A DNA stretch of 64,000 bases from Terracidiphilus sp. GTDB taxonomy: Bacteria > Acidobacteriota > Terriglobia > Terriglobales > Acidobacteriaceae. Positions 8,116 to 19,327 of the stretch are shown here, piece by piece. The first letter of the stretch is position 1, and each line of letters begins with the position of its first letter. The stretch is taken from positions 13,894-77,893 of the forward strand of contig JBEKKL010000011.1 in the NCBI GenBank assembly GCA_050010735.1, given 5' to 3'. The notes below the pieces were generated by a model that searched no databases, was not told the origin of the DNA, and saw only the letters and a list, made by a program, of their open reading frames with translations. The translations under genes were made by a program, and so were the position numbers.

Positions 8116-9902
8116 AGCAGCACAGAGAAATCAGCTTGCGAGCGCTCGCCGGGCCCGCGGTCGTCGTATTGGCCGCTTCTGTGACTGTGGTTCCGCAGCT
8201 GATGCGAGGGAACTCGTGTGGGCATGACTTCGATTTCCATCTCGTCTCGTGGTTAGATTGTCTGAATGGCTGGCGGCATGGGATCATCTATCCGCATTGG
8301 GCGGCTAGCGCCAACTTCGGCGCCGGAGAGCCGCGATTTGTCTTCTATCCGCCGTTGACGTGGATGCTGGGCGCGGCGCTTGGATTGATGCTGCCATGGA
8401 AGGTCGTGCCAATCGCGCTGACCTTTCTTCTTCTCGCTGGGACGGGACTCGCAACGCGAGCACTGGCGCGCGAGGCTCTGGACGACGGCGCTGCTACACT
8501 GGCCGGTTGCGCTGCGTTGTTCTCAGGTTATTCGCTGTTTACCGCGTATGAGCGCACTGCCTTCGGGGAGTTGGCCGGCGGATTTTGGATTCCGCTGCTG
8601 CTGCTCTTCGCTCTGCGCGATCGCAATCAACGTAGCGGGTTTTGGCGTCGTACGTTCGATAGTTCAACCGCGGCTCTTGCAGTGGTCATGGCCGGCTGCT
8701 GGCTCTCGAATCTGCCTGTCGGAGTGATGGGCTGCTATCTGCTGGCCGCTGTGGCGGTGGTTGCCGCAGCGCTCAGGCGATCATGGGCAACGGTGCTTCG
8801 CGCGAGCGTTGGAGTTGCTCTGGGGACGGCCCTTGCCGCGTTGTACCTTCTTCCTGCGGTATGGGAGCAGCGTTGGGTTGATGTGAGGCAGGCGCTCTAC
8901 GATCCGGGTTTGTTGATCGAGAATAGCTGGCTCTTTGCGCGGCACGCAAACCCGACCATGGTTGATCACGATATCGAGTTACACAAGGTGTCGGTCATCG
9001 CTGTCTCGATGCTCGCTGTGACGCTAACCGGCCTGGCGGTCCGTCGGCTACGTGGAAAACTGGTCGAGGATCGAACTGCATCGCGCTCCTGGTGGATTAC
9101 GCTGGCACTGATTCCGGTGGTTGTTCTCTTCCTTCTGGTGCCTGTTTCGCTACCGGTATGGAATCTGCTGCCGAAGCTCAGGTTCTTGCAGTTCCCGTGG
9201 CGCTGGCTGGTAGTGCTCGAGGCGCCGATGGCCATCTTTTTTGCCGGCGCAGTCTGGCCGCGGAAAACCTGGATGCGTGAGGCGGTGGTTGCCATCTGCG
9301 CGATTCTCTTTGTTGGTGCGACCCTTCATGCCGGGCGCACATTTTTTCAGCCATGCGACGATGAGGACTCTGTCGCAGGAATAGTCGGCAGCTTCCACAG
9401 TGGCGCCGGCTTCACGGGATATGACGAGTACGCGCCTCCTGGCGCCGACAACGGCATGATCGCCTCGGGCCTGCCGGATGCCTGCCTCGTTAGCGATCCG
9501 GCGATTGAGCTTGGCACAACTGCAAACAGGAGCGATGCCGACGATGCGATCCCCATCTGGAAGGTAACGCAAGGAAGTTGCGACACCACGTTGGCGTGGC
9601 GGGTCGATGAGCCGGAGCACAGAGTGCTCATTGGCGCGATGAGCCATGCCGGTTTCCTTATTCTGAGACTTCGCAGCTACCCGAATTGGCGAGTCGTGAT
9701 GAATGGCCAGCCTGTTTCTTCGATGCCGCAGCGGAGCGACGGACTGATGGCGATATCGGTACCGCAAGGCAGCATCGATTTGACCGCGGATTGGGCGACG
9801 ACCCCAGATGTGATTGCCAGCCGATGGTCGAGCATAGTCGCAGTGCTGATTTTAGTAGGGCTTTGGGCGATCGAGCGAAAGCTGAAGCTACCTCGGTTAT
9901 GA
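8112..9902 (+). CDS. polytopic integral membrane protein, GT-C/PTPS-related-membrane-protein-like, function unknown
   Basis: At least 10 hydrophobic segments. N-terminal GHDFDFHL motif followed by a large C-terminal non-membrane domain. ATGA overlap with the acylase stop. Confidence 0.55.
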   Translation: MKQHREISLRALAGPAVVVLAASVTVVPQLMRGNSCGHDFDFHLVSWLDCLNGWRHGIIYPHWAASANFGAGEPRFVFYPPLTWMLGAALGLMLPWKVVPIALTFLLLAGTGLATRALAREALDDGAATLAGCAALFSGYSLFTAYERTAFGELAGGFWIPLLLLFALRDRNQRSGFWRRTFDSSTAALAVVMAGCWLSNLPVGVMGCYLLAAVAVVAAALRRSWATVLRASVGVALGTALAALYLLPAVWEQRWVDVRQALYDPGLLIENSWLFARHANPTMVDHDIELHKVSVIAVSMLAVTLTGLAVRRLRGKLVEDRTASRSWWITLALIPVVVLFLLVPVSLPVWNLLPKLRFLQFPWRWLVVLEAPMAIFFAGAVWPRKTWMREAVVAICAILFVGATLHAGRTFFQPCDDEDSVAGIVGSFHSGAGFTGYDEYAPPGADNGMIASGLPDACLVSDPAIELGTTANRSDADDAIPIWKVTQGSCDTTLAWRVDEPEHRVLIGAMSHAGFLILRLRSYPNWRVVMNGQPVSSMPQRSDGLMAISVPQGSIDLTADWATTPDVIASRWSSIVAVLILVGLWAIERKLKLPRL

Positions 9903-10801
9903 TGGGAGCGATGAACGTGGATGTAAGATCGCTGATTGAAGAAGGCGCGGCGCTGACAGACCGGGCTCTGGAAGAGCTGTTGCCCAGTGCGGAGACGGTG
10001 CCGGCCTCCATTCATGGAGCCATGCGCCACTCGACGTTTGCAGGGGGCAAGCGGCTCAGGCCGGTGCTAGCACAACAGGCAGCAGTCACCATCGCCGGCA
10101 GCGCACCCGTGGGAATTGCCCGGCTGGGCGCGGCGCTCGAGATGCTGCATACCTATTCGCTGATCCACGACGACCTGCCGGCGCTCGATAACGACGATCT
10201 GCGCCGCGGTAAGCCCACCTGCCATGTCGCCTTCGGCGAGGCCATCGCTATCCTGGCCGGGGATGCGCTACAGACCCGCGCTTTCGAAGTGCTGGCCGGA
10301 CTCGATTCGCCGCCCTCTGCGACAGTTCAAATTATCAGCCTCATCGCGAACGCTGTTGGCACCGTGGAAGGGATGATTGGAGGGCAGGTGCTCGATATCG
10401 AGAGCGAACACCTGAAGCCGACGCCCGCGCTGGTGATGGCCATTCATCGCGCCAAGACGGGCGCGCTGATCCGCGTGAGCGTGGTGGCAGGCGGAGTGTA
10501 TGCCGGAGCCTCCGAGGAAGATACCGATCGCCTGACACTCTTCGGGCGCAAGGCTGGACTGGCCTTTCAGATTGTGGATGACGTGCTTGATCTGACGGTG
10601 GACTCGGCACACCTGGGCAAGACCGCGGGCAAGGATCAGGCGACGGAAAAGGCCACGTGGCCGGCGGTCTTTGGGATCGAACAGAGCCGGAAAGACGCCG
10701 CCCGCCTGATCGAGGAAGCCTTTGCCGCGCTTGAGCCTTACGGCAGCCGCGCCGATGGATTGAAGGCCGTGGCGCGGTACTTGGTCCAGCGGAAAAACTA
10801 A
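9899..10801 (+). CDS. short-chain polyprenyl (farnesyl/geranylgeranyl) diphosphate synthase
   Basis: Start at ATG 9899 (ATGA overlap with the upstream stop). First DDxxD motif in LIHDDLPALDNDDLRRGKP, second in FQIVDDVLD. Confidence 0.9.
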   Translation: MMGAMNVDVRSLIEEGAALTDRALEELLPSAETVPASIHGAMRHSTFAGGKRLRPVLAQQAAVTIAGSAPVGIARLGAALEMLHTYSLIHDDLPALDNDDLRRGKPTCHVAFGEAIAILAGDALQTRAFEVLAGLDSPPSATVQIISLIANAVGTVEGMIGGQVLDIESEHLKPTPALVMAIHRAKTGALIRVSVVAGGVYAGASEEDTDRLTLFGRKAGLAFQIVDDVLDLTVDSAHLGKTAGKDQATEKATWPAVFGIEQSRKDAARLIEEAFAALEPYGSRADGLKAVARYLVQRKN

Positions 10802-10802
10802 C

Positions 10803-11138
10803 TTATTTGGCGAGTGCCCGGCGCAGCGCTTCGCGCTTGACGGCTACCTCATTGACAGTGTCCTGCACCTGGGCGAGCAGCCCTTGCACCTGATCGATGT
10901 AGCCGGGCAGCGCATTCCACCAATGGCGCAGCGTCTCCTGCTGATCGAGCACGGCTAGAGCGGTGCCCGACGCAGCGGTCAGCATGCCCGCGCGGCGTCT
11001 GCCCGAGAGCAGCAGCATACCGGCGATGGCAAGCGTGGTGCCTGCCGTGAATCCGACCCAGTTGAATGGCTCGTACTGGACGGCGTCTGGTCTGTCTTCA
11101 GATTCGTATGCAGGATCGGTAAGGGGGATAATGACCAT
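10803..11138 (-). CDS. hypothetical small membrane protein
   Basis: 111-aa ORF with one or two hydrophobic segments (WVGFTAGTTLAIAGMLLL) and a helical C-terminus. No motif recognised. Confidence 0.5.
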   Translation of the reverse strand: MVIIPLTDPAYESEDRPDAVQYEPFNWVGFTAGTTLAIAGMLLLSGRRRAGMLTAASGTALAVLDQQETLRHWWNALPGYIDQVQGLLAQVQDTVNEVAVKREALRRALAK

Positions 11139-11270
11139 CGCTTCTCCTTGTGCCCCGGACCGCGGTCAGGGGATCGGTGCATCAAGTATCACTCTAAATC
11201 GGCCGCCGTGCACGTCGAAAGAGCGCGAGAATAGCAAGATCGATGTTGTCCAATTGCCGCGCGTTTGGAG

Positions 11271-11579
11271 CTAGTCCAGATCGAAGTCGCGCAGGGGCTT
11301 GCCTTCGGGGGCGTCTTTGGCCTTGCGCAGCGCCTCGGCAAACTTCTTCTCGAGCAGGTCTTCCTTATTCTTCTCGGCCTCGACCGACTGACGGAAAATC
11401 GACTCCTTGCGCTCGTCGTGTTCGCGCATGGCTTGCGCGGCTGTCTCCAGATCCTCGAACATACGTTTGCGCGGCGCCGGGGTGTGGCTCACCACCAGGC
11501 CGGTAGCGGCATCAACCTTGAGCATGGCGCCGCAATCCGGACAGGCGACCTCGAAAATCTGTTCCTTCTTCTTCGCCAT
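11271..11579 (-). CDS. hypothetical 102-aa protein with a single CxxC and a charged helical tail
   Basis: MAKKKEQIFEVACPDCGAMLKV..., Lys/Glu-rich C-terminus, protein-like composition. Confidence 0.55.
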   Translation of the reverse strand: MAKKKEQIFEVACPDCGAMLKVDAATGLVVSHTPAPRKRMFEDLETAAQAMREHDERKESIFRQSVEAEKNKEDLLEKKFAEALRKAKDAPEGKPLRDFDLD

Positions 11580-11616
11580 TTTTCTCTTTGAGAATTGTAA
11601 GCGCTGAGTGCGGGGC

Positions 11617-11688
11617 TTGCACAGAATGCCCGAAGATACGTACTATGTACATTAGGTACGCTAATATATGTACACTATGGTACACTAA
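11617..11688 (+). promoter_or_regulatory. candidate sigma70-like promoter plus GTAC-rich operator repeats upstream of the Phd-VapC module
   Basis: TTGCAC (11617-11622), 18-nt spacer, TACTAT (11641-11646). Five GTAC cores follow within about 50 nt, including TGTACA palindromes and the near-tandem TATGTACAC/TATGGTACAC. Confidence 0.4.
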
Positions 11689-11692
11689 TCGC

Positions 11693-11953
11693 ATGGAAGT
11701 CTCGATCACCGAGTTTCGGCGGCAGATTTTTACCCTTGCGAATCAGGCGCTCGATGGCGAGGATGTCTGGTTCACGCACAAGGGCCGCCGCATCAAAGTC
11801 GTCCCTGAAGGGCAGTCTGCGAGCCGCCTGAGCAGGATCGCGCCGGTCGAGATTATCAATCCCGAGTCTCCCGATCTGCTCGACGCGGGGCGCAAGGCCG
11901 AGATGATGGTAGAGATCGAAAAGGCCTGGGAGAAGGACTGGGAGAGTCTTTGA
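11693..11953 (+). CDS. Phd/YefM-like type II antitoxin
   Basis: Internal ATG at 11693. MEVSITEFRRQIFTLANQALDGEDVWFTHKGRRIKVV is a typical antitoxin N-terminus. 4-nt overlap with the PIN gene. Confidence 0.7.
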   Translation: MEVSITEFRRQIFTLANQALDGEDVWFTHKGRRIKVVPEGQSASRLSRIAPVEIINPESPDLLDAGRKAEMMVEIEKAWEKDWESL

Positions 11954-12342
11954 CGGTGAGCTCGTCTGCTTATCTCGATACGCAGGTTGTGATCTGGCTG
12001 GCGGCAGGCAAGTTGAGCCGGTTCAGTTCCAATGCACGAAACCTGCTGGAGGGCTCGGACCTGCTGCTCTCGCCTATCGTGCTGCTGGAACTTGAGTACC
12101 TCCACGAGTTCAAGCGCATCAAACTGCCTGCCCGCGACATCGAGCGCAAGGTCGAGCACGAACTCGGTGTCCGCCTCTGCGAACTTCCCTTTGCGACCAT
12201 CGCCGGCGCGGCTCTCGACGAGAAGTGGAGTCACGATCCATTTGACCGGATGATCGTCGCCAACGCCAAGGCCAACGGATTTGCCTGGCTCATCTCGGCC
12301 GATGAGGGCATACGAAAGCACTACCCACGAACTGTCTGGTAA
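11950..12342 (+). CDS. vapC: PIN-domain ribonuclease toxin
   Basis: YLDTQVVIWL...LSPIVLLELEYL...DPFDRMIVANA carries the PIN acidic residues. Start is TTG 11950 or GTG 11956. Confidence 0.75.
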   Translation: MTVSSSAYLDTQVVIWLAAGKLSRFSSNARNLLEGSDLLLSPIVLLELEYLHEFKRIKLPARDIERKVEHELGVRLCELPFATIAGAALDEKWSHDPFDRMIVANAKANGFAWLISADEGIRKHYPRTVW

Positions 12343-12550
12343 CCCCACAGCAGTTTCTTTGTGAGCATGTCGCTAGAAGCCGGAGGGTGCCTTATGCCGC
12401 CAATCCCGCGATGAACAGGCGATTGCAGGATGGAACGGCGCGGCTCAAAACGGATCGATGGAGCGAAGATCGTTGAAATCCATGAGGTTGCCTCACGTCG
12501 AGATGAGAAGCGGTCGATAGGTGGTATGAAAGGGCAAATTCCAAATTCGT

Positions 12551-13726
12551 ATGGAAAAGACCATTACCCGGGATAGCCGGAAGATCGAGGGGTCGATCGT
12601 CTTTCCTCCGCTCGTCGAATTCACCGTGGATGCAACGATCATCGACGCCAACCAGTCGTTTTTGGACCTGATGGAGTGTACGCTCGACCAGATCAAAGGA
12701 AAACCTCATACCATCCTTCTTGAAGAGAGCGACCGCAACGGCTTGCAGAATATGTCGATCTGGGCCAAGTTTGCGCAGGGCGAGCCCCACTTTGGCGAGT
12801 ACCGCAGAATGACGCTCAAGGGCAAGCTGAAATGGCTGGCCATTACATTCAATCCGGTTCTCGACGAGAGCGATTGCGTGCACCGCGTGCTTGCCATCGC
12901 AACCGACATTACGGAGCGAAAGCTGAAAGAGCTGGACCATGCCGGCCAGATCGAGGCCATCAAGCGCGGGCAACCGGTGAGCGAGTACGACCTGCAGGGT
13001 ACGATCCTGGAAGTCAACGAGAACTTCGAGCGGCTGCTCGGATACCGCCGGGAAGAGTTGATTGGAAAGCATGTGAGCATGTTTGTGGACGAAGCGACTC
13101 AGCACAGCGCGGAGTACAAAGCCGCCCTGAGCACGCTGTGGGAAAGGCTGAATCGCGGAGAGATCTGCGAAGGCGAGGCGCGCCGCCAAACAAAGCAGGG
13201 CAAGCGGATCTGGATCGAGTACTCGTATAACCCGATCTTCGACCTGCGGGGTAAGCCCTACAAGGTGGTCAACTACTTCTGGGACATCAGCGAGAGGATG
13301 GAGGCGAGCCTGGAGGCGGCACGCATTGCCGAATCGCTATCGGGTGTGGCCACAGAGCTGACAGCAGCCAGCCAGAGTACGCACCAGACGGTCAGCAAAC
13401 TGAGCACCTCCAGCACCGAGATCGGCAAAGTCGTCAAGGTGATCAGCACCGTTGCCCAGCGGACCAATCTGCTGGCACTGAACGCCGCAATCGAAGCCGC
13501 CCGCGCCGGAGAGGCCGGGAAGGGCTTCGCCGTGGTGGCCAATGAGGTCAAGGCCCTCGCCAGCCAGACTGCCACGGCCACCGGCGAGATCAGCCAGAAG
13601 ATTGCTGCTACGCAGGGAGACACGAATGACGCAGTTTTGGCGATCAACCGGATCAGCGAGGTGGTCAATCAGGTGAACCAGATTGCCACCGCGGTGACGA
13701 GCGCCTTTAAACACCACGACGCATAA
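12551..13726 (+). CDS. soluble double-PAS methyl-accepting chemotaxis protein with a short signalling hairpin
   Basis: Two PAS-like blocks followed by [34 protein letters not shown] (MCP highly conserved domain). No TM segments. Confidence 0.8.
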   Translation: MEKTITRDSRKIEGSIVFPPLVEFTVDATIIDANQSFLDLMECTLDQIKGKPHTILLEESDRNGLQNMSIWAKFAQGEPHFGEYRRMTLKGKLKWLAITFNPVLDESDCVHRVLAIATDITERKLKELDHAGQIEAIKRGQPVSEYDLQGTILEVNENFERLLGYRREELIGKHVSMFVDEATQHSAEYKAALSTLWERLNRGEICEGEARRQTKQGKRIWIEYSYNPIFDLRGKPYKVVNYFWDISERMEASLEAARIAESLSGVATELTAASQSTHQTVSKLSTSSTEIGKVVKVISTVAQRTNLLALNAAIEAARAGEAGKGFAVVANEVKALASQTATATGEISQKIAATQGDTNDAVLAINRISEVVNQVNQIATAVTSAFKHHDA

Positions 13727-13746
13727 CGCCAATCCAGGCGAAATCA

Positions 13747-13776
13747 AACGGCCCCGCTCAATTGAACGGGGCCGTT
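13747..13776. terminator. bidirectional hairpin between the convergent MCP and atpC genes
   Basis: aacggccccg (13747-13756) pairs perfectly with cggggccgtt (13767-13776) around a 10-nt loop. Flanks are moderately T-rich on the minus-sense side. Confidence 0.55.
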
Positions 13777-13806
13777 CCGCTTTAAACAGCAATCAGTGAA
13801 CGGGCG

Positions 13807-14250
13807 TCAGTGCTTCTCCGCCGCCGAGGCGATCTTGGCTTCGGCTTCGGAGATGACGCGGAGAGCATCGGTGTAGGCCGCTTCACTGTCGCCGGCTTCG
13901 TTCCATAGCTTGTGGCCGCGGGTCAGTTGCTCCTGGGCGCGGGGAACATCGATCTCCTCGGGCTTGAGAGCATCGGAGGCCAGGATGGTGACGCGGTCGC
14001 CGAGAACCTCGGTGAAGCCCCAGCTGACGTTGTAGCGAAGGTCACCTGAGGGGCAGCCGGCGTCAGTGGCTGGCCCACAGTGCACGATTACGTCGCCGGC
14101 GCCCAGTTCGGCGACCAGCGGCGCATGGCCGTAGAGCACTTCCATGTACCCGTTCTTCGCGGGCAGCTCGACCGCAGCCGCGCAGTGATCGAAGAGGGTA
14201 CGCTCTGGAGTGACCAGCCTTACGCGAAGTTGATTGGTTTCGTCAGCCAT
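13807..14250 (-). CDS. atpC: F1 ATP synthase subunit epsilon
   Basis: LRVRLVTPERTLFDHCAAAVELPAKNGYMEVLYGHAPLV... and its position after atpD. Confidence 0.9.
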   Translation of the reverse strand: MADETNQLRVRLVTPERTLFDHCAAAVELPAKNGYMEVLYGHAPLVAELGAGDVIVHCGPATDAGCPSGDLRYNVSWGFTEVLGDRVTILASDALKPEEIDVPRAQEQLTRGHKLWNEAGDSEAAYTDALRVISEAEAKIASAAEKH

Positions 14251-14260
14251 GAATTCCTTT

Positions 14261-14423
14261 CAGGAATCAGGGAACAGGGAGTAGGGAACAGGGAACAGGG
14301 AACAGGAAAAAACCGCTGGCTTCAGATCCGATACGACCCTTCCCTGACCTTTCGATTCCTCATTACATTGCCGCGATGCAGCGTGCGGCCTCTGCCTGTT
14401 CCCTATTCCCTGTTCCCTCCTCC

Positions 14424-14425
<2 letters not shown>
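14261..14425. repeat. inverted pair of tandem heptamer arrays (GGGAACA-type) flanking an ~88-nt spacer
   Basis: Arm 14277-14306 and arm 14395-14424 are reverse complements at 28 of 30 positions. Each arm is a run of 7-nt units. The arm ends at the atpD stop codon. Confidence 0.9.
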
Positions 14426-15884
<1,459 letters not shown>

Positions 15885-15886
15885 TC

Positions 15887-15973
15887 AAAGCTCTTAGCTT
15901 TCAGCTTTTAGCCTTTTAAGCTTTCTTTCCTGGCCGCTTCTCGCAGCGGGCAAAAGCTAATAGCTAAAAGCTG
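15887..15973. repeat. AGCT-core tandem 7-8-mers with a partial inverted copy in the atpG-atpD spacer
   Basis: 15887-15925 reads aaagctcttagctttcagcttttagccttttaagctttc and 15952-15973 reads aaaagctaatagctaaaagctg. There is 11-bp perfect complementarity between 15902-15912 and 15963-15973, plus a small central hairpin ccgct/agcgg. Confidence 0.8.
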
Positions 15974-15977
15974 TCGT

Positions 15978-17048
15978 TCACTGCGCCGCGGCGCCGGAAA
16001 CAATCTCGATGATCTCCTTGGTGATGGCGGCCTGGCGCACGCGATTCATATAGAGCGTGAGCGCGTCGATCATCTCCGAGGCGTTGTTTGTTGCCGAATC
16101 CATCGCCGTCATGCGGGCCGCGTGTTCGGCGGCGATCGACTCGGTCATGGCGTGATAAAGCATGGATGAAACGTATTGCGGAATCAGTCCCGCGAAGAGC
16201 TCCTCGGAGGGTTGCTCGTAGATGTAGTCGACTTGAGCGGTGCCGAACTTGCGCGCTTCTTCGTCGGCCTCGGCGGTATCAACCGCCTCGATCTCGATGC
16301 CTGCGCTGAGGGCCGCTTCGGCTGCGCGTTCCAGTTCTGCCTTGCTGGGCTCGGCGGCGCCGGTGATCTGCGGAATGCCGATCTTCATCAGCGGCAGAAG
16401 CTTTTCGACGACCAGGCGCTGCGAGATGACCGACTTGAATTCGTTGTAGACAATGTAAGCGGCATCGATCTCTTCGCTGCAATACCGGGCGATGATGCTC
16501 TGGGCAAGCGCAAAGACACGGCTCGTTTCGAGCTTCAACAGCATACCTGGATGATCGCCAGTGACCTCGACGGGGCTCTTGCGCTCTCTGGTCTGGGTGA
16601 CGTGGTCGTTCGCATCGGTTTGTTCGGTATAGACGGCTGCCGGATATCGGCGGCGCATCAGGTCGCGGGCTTTGCGGCCGACGGCCTCGACATCGATCCC
16701 CTTGTCAGGATTGCCATTGATGAACTGAAAGGCCGTCTTGAGGATGTTGGAGTTGAAGGCTCCGGCGAAGCCCTTGTCGCCGCTGACGACGACGAGCAGC
16801 ACCCGTTTCTCGGGGCGCGAGATAAAGAGCGGATGGCGCAGGTTGCCGGTGGCCTCGTCGTAGAGATCGACGCGGCGGGTGAGCGACTCGAGGACGCTCG
16901 TGATCATCTTGGCGTAGGGCCGGGCGCTCATCGCCCGCTCCTGTGCCCGGCGCAGCTTTGCCGCCGAAACCATCTTCATGGCCTTGGTGATCTGCCGCGT
17001 GTTTTTCACGCTGCGAATGCGCCGCCGTAGATCAAGGACATTTGCCAT
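15978..17048 (-). CDS. atpG: F1 ATP synthase subunit gamma, unusually long at 356 aa
   Basis: N-terminal MANVLDLRRRIRSVKNTRQITKAMKMVSAAKLRRAQ and C-terminal RQAAITKEIIEIVSGAAA are gamma hallmarks. Confidence 0.95.
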   Translation of the reverse strand: MANVLDLRRRIRSVKNTRQITKAMKMVSAAKLRRAQERAMSARPYAKMITSVLESLTRRVDLYDEATGNLRHPLFISRPEKRVLLVVVSGDKGFAGAFNSNILKTAFQFINGNPDKGIDVEAVGRKARDLMRRRYPAAVYTEQTDANDHVTQTRERKSPVEVTGDHPGMLLKLETSRVFALAQSIIARYCSEEIDAAYIVYNEFKSVISQRLVVEKLLPLMKIGIPQITGAAEPSKAELERAAEAALSAGIEIEAVDTAEADEEARKFGTAQVDYIYEQPSEELFAGLIPQYVSSMLYHAMTESIAAEHAARMTAMDSATNNASEMIDALTLYMNRVRQAAITKEIIEIVSGAAAQ

Positions 17049-17060
17049 TGTGTTTCCTGT

Positions 17061-17080
17061 CAGCTGCTAGCTACTAGCAC
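17061..17080. repeat. short AGCT-core heptamer run in the atpA-atpG spacer
   Basis: cagctgctagctactagcac. In mRNA sense it reads GCTAGTA GCTAGCA GC and is partly self-complementary. Confidence 0.5.
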
Positions 17081-17105
17081 CGCTTCGTTCAACGCCAGAT
17101 GAAAC

Positions 17106-18632
<1,527 letters not shown>

Positions 18633-18650
18633 GTTCTTCCTTTTACAGGG

Positions 18651-18779
18651 GTCAGAGATCAGAGATCAGGGATCAGTTCGATCCTTCCAATCCAGACTTC
18701 AATCCCGGCCCGCGGTTCCCAATTTCCAATTAACAAAGCCGTTTACAAAATCGCGGTCAGCGATCCCTGATCCCTGACC
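18651..18779. repeat. inverted pair of GATCAGR heptamer arrays in the atpH-atpA spacer
   Basis: 18651-18676 reads gtcagagatcagagatcagggatcag. 18762-18779 reads gatccctgatccctgacc, whose reverse complement is ggtcagggatcagggatc. The loop is ~85 nt. Confidence 0.85.
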
Positions 18780-18790
18780 TCAGTCCTCTG

Positions 18791-19327
18791 TCACGCGACA
18801 AGCGCCTGCTTCAATCTTTCCAACCGCCCACGGAGAGAACCGTCGTAGACTGTGGAACCGATGCGCACCACTGTTCCTCCGAGGATCGACTCATCCAGCT
18901 TGAAGCTGGCTTCGACGCGCGCCCCGGCGAGTTTGCCGACTCCGGCAACCAGGCCTGCGCGATCCTGTTCACTGATCTCGCGGGCAGTGACAATCTCCAC
19001 CTGCCGGATGCCTTGCCGCTCCTGCAACTCCGCGCGATAGGCCTCGACCACCTCGCGCACCTGGCCGATGCGGTCGTTCTTGATGAGCACCGCCAGCAAG
19101 TTGCGCTGCACCTTCCAAAGCCCCAGCCGCTCGTTCAGCTTATCCAGAATCGCGATCTTCTGCGCGGCGGATATGGCCGGACTGACGAAGAACTCTCTCA
19201 ACTCGGCGCTGCCGTCCCAGGTGGCCAAGAATTCGCTGAACTGCCGGTCGAGCGCGTTTGTATCGAGCTTCTCCTCGGCTACCACATCGGCAAAGGCGCG
19301 GGCGTAGCGTTGAACAAAGGCTGCCAT
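18791..19327 (-). CDS. atpH: F1 ATP synthase subunit delta (OSCP)
   Basis: RYARAFADVV..., C-terminal ILGGTVVRIGSTVYDGSLRGRLERL, and operon position. Confidence 0.9.
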   Translation of the reverse strand: MAAFVQRYARAFADVVAEEKLDTNALDRQFSEFLATWDGSAELREFFVSPAISAAQKIAILDKLNERLGLWKVQRNLLAVLIKNDRIGQVREVVEAYRAELQERQGIRQVEIVTAREISEQDRAGLVAGVGKLAGARVEASFKLDESILGGTVVRIGSTVYDGSLRGRLERLKQALVA

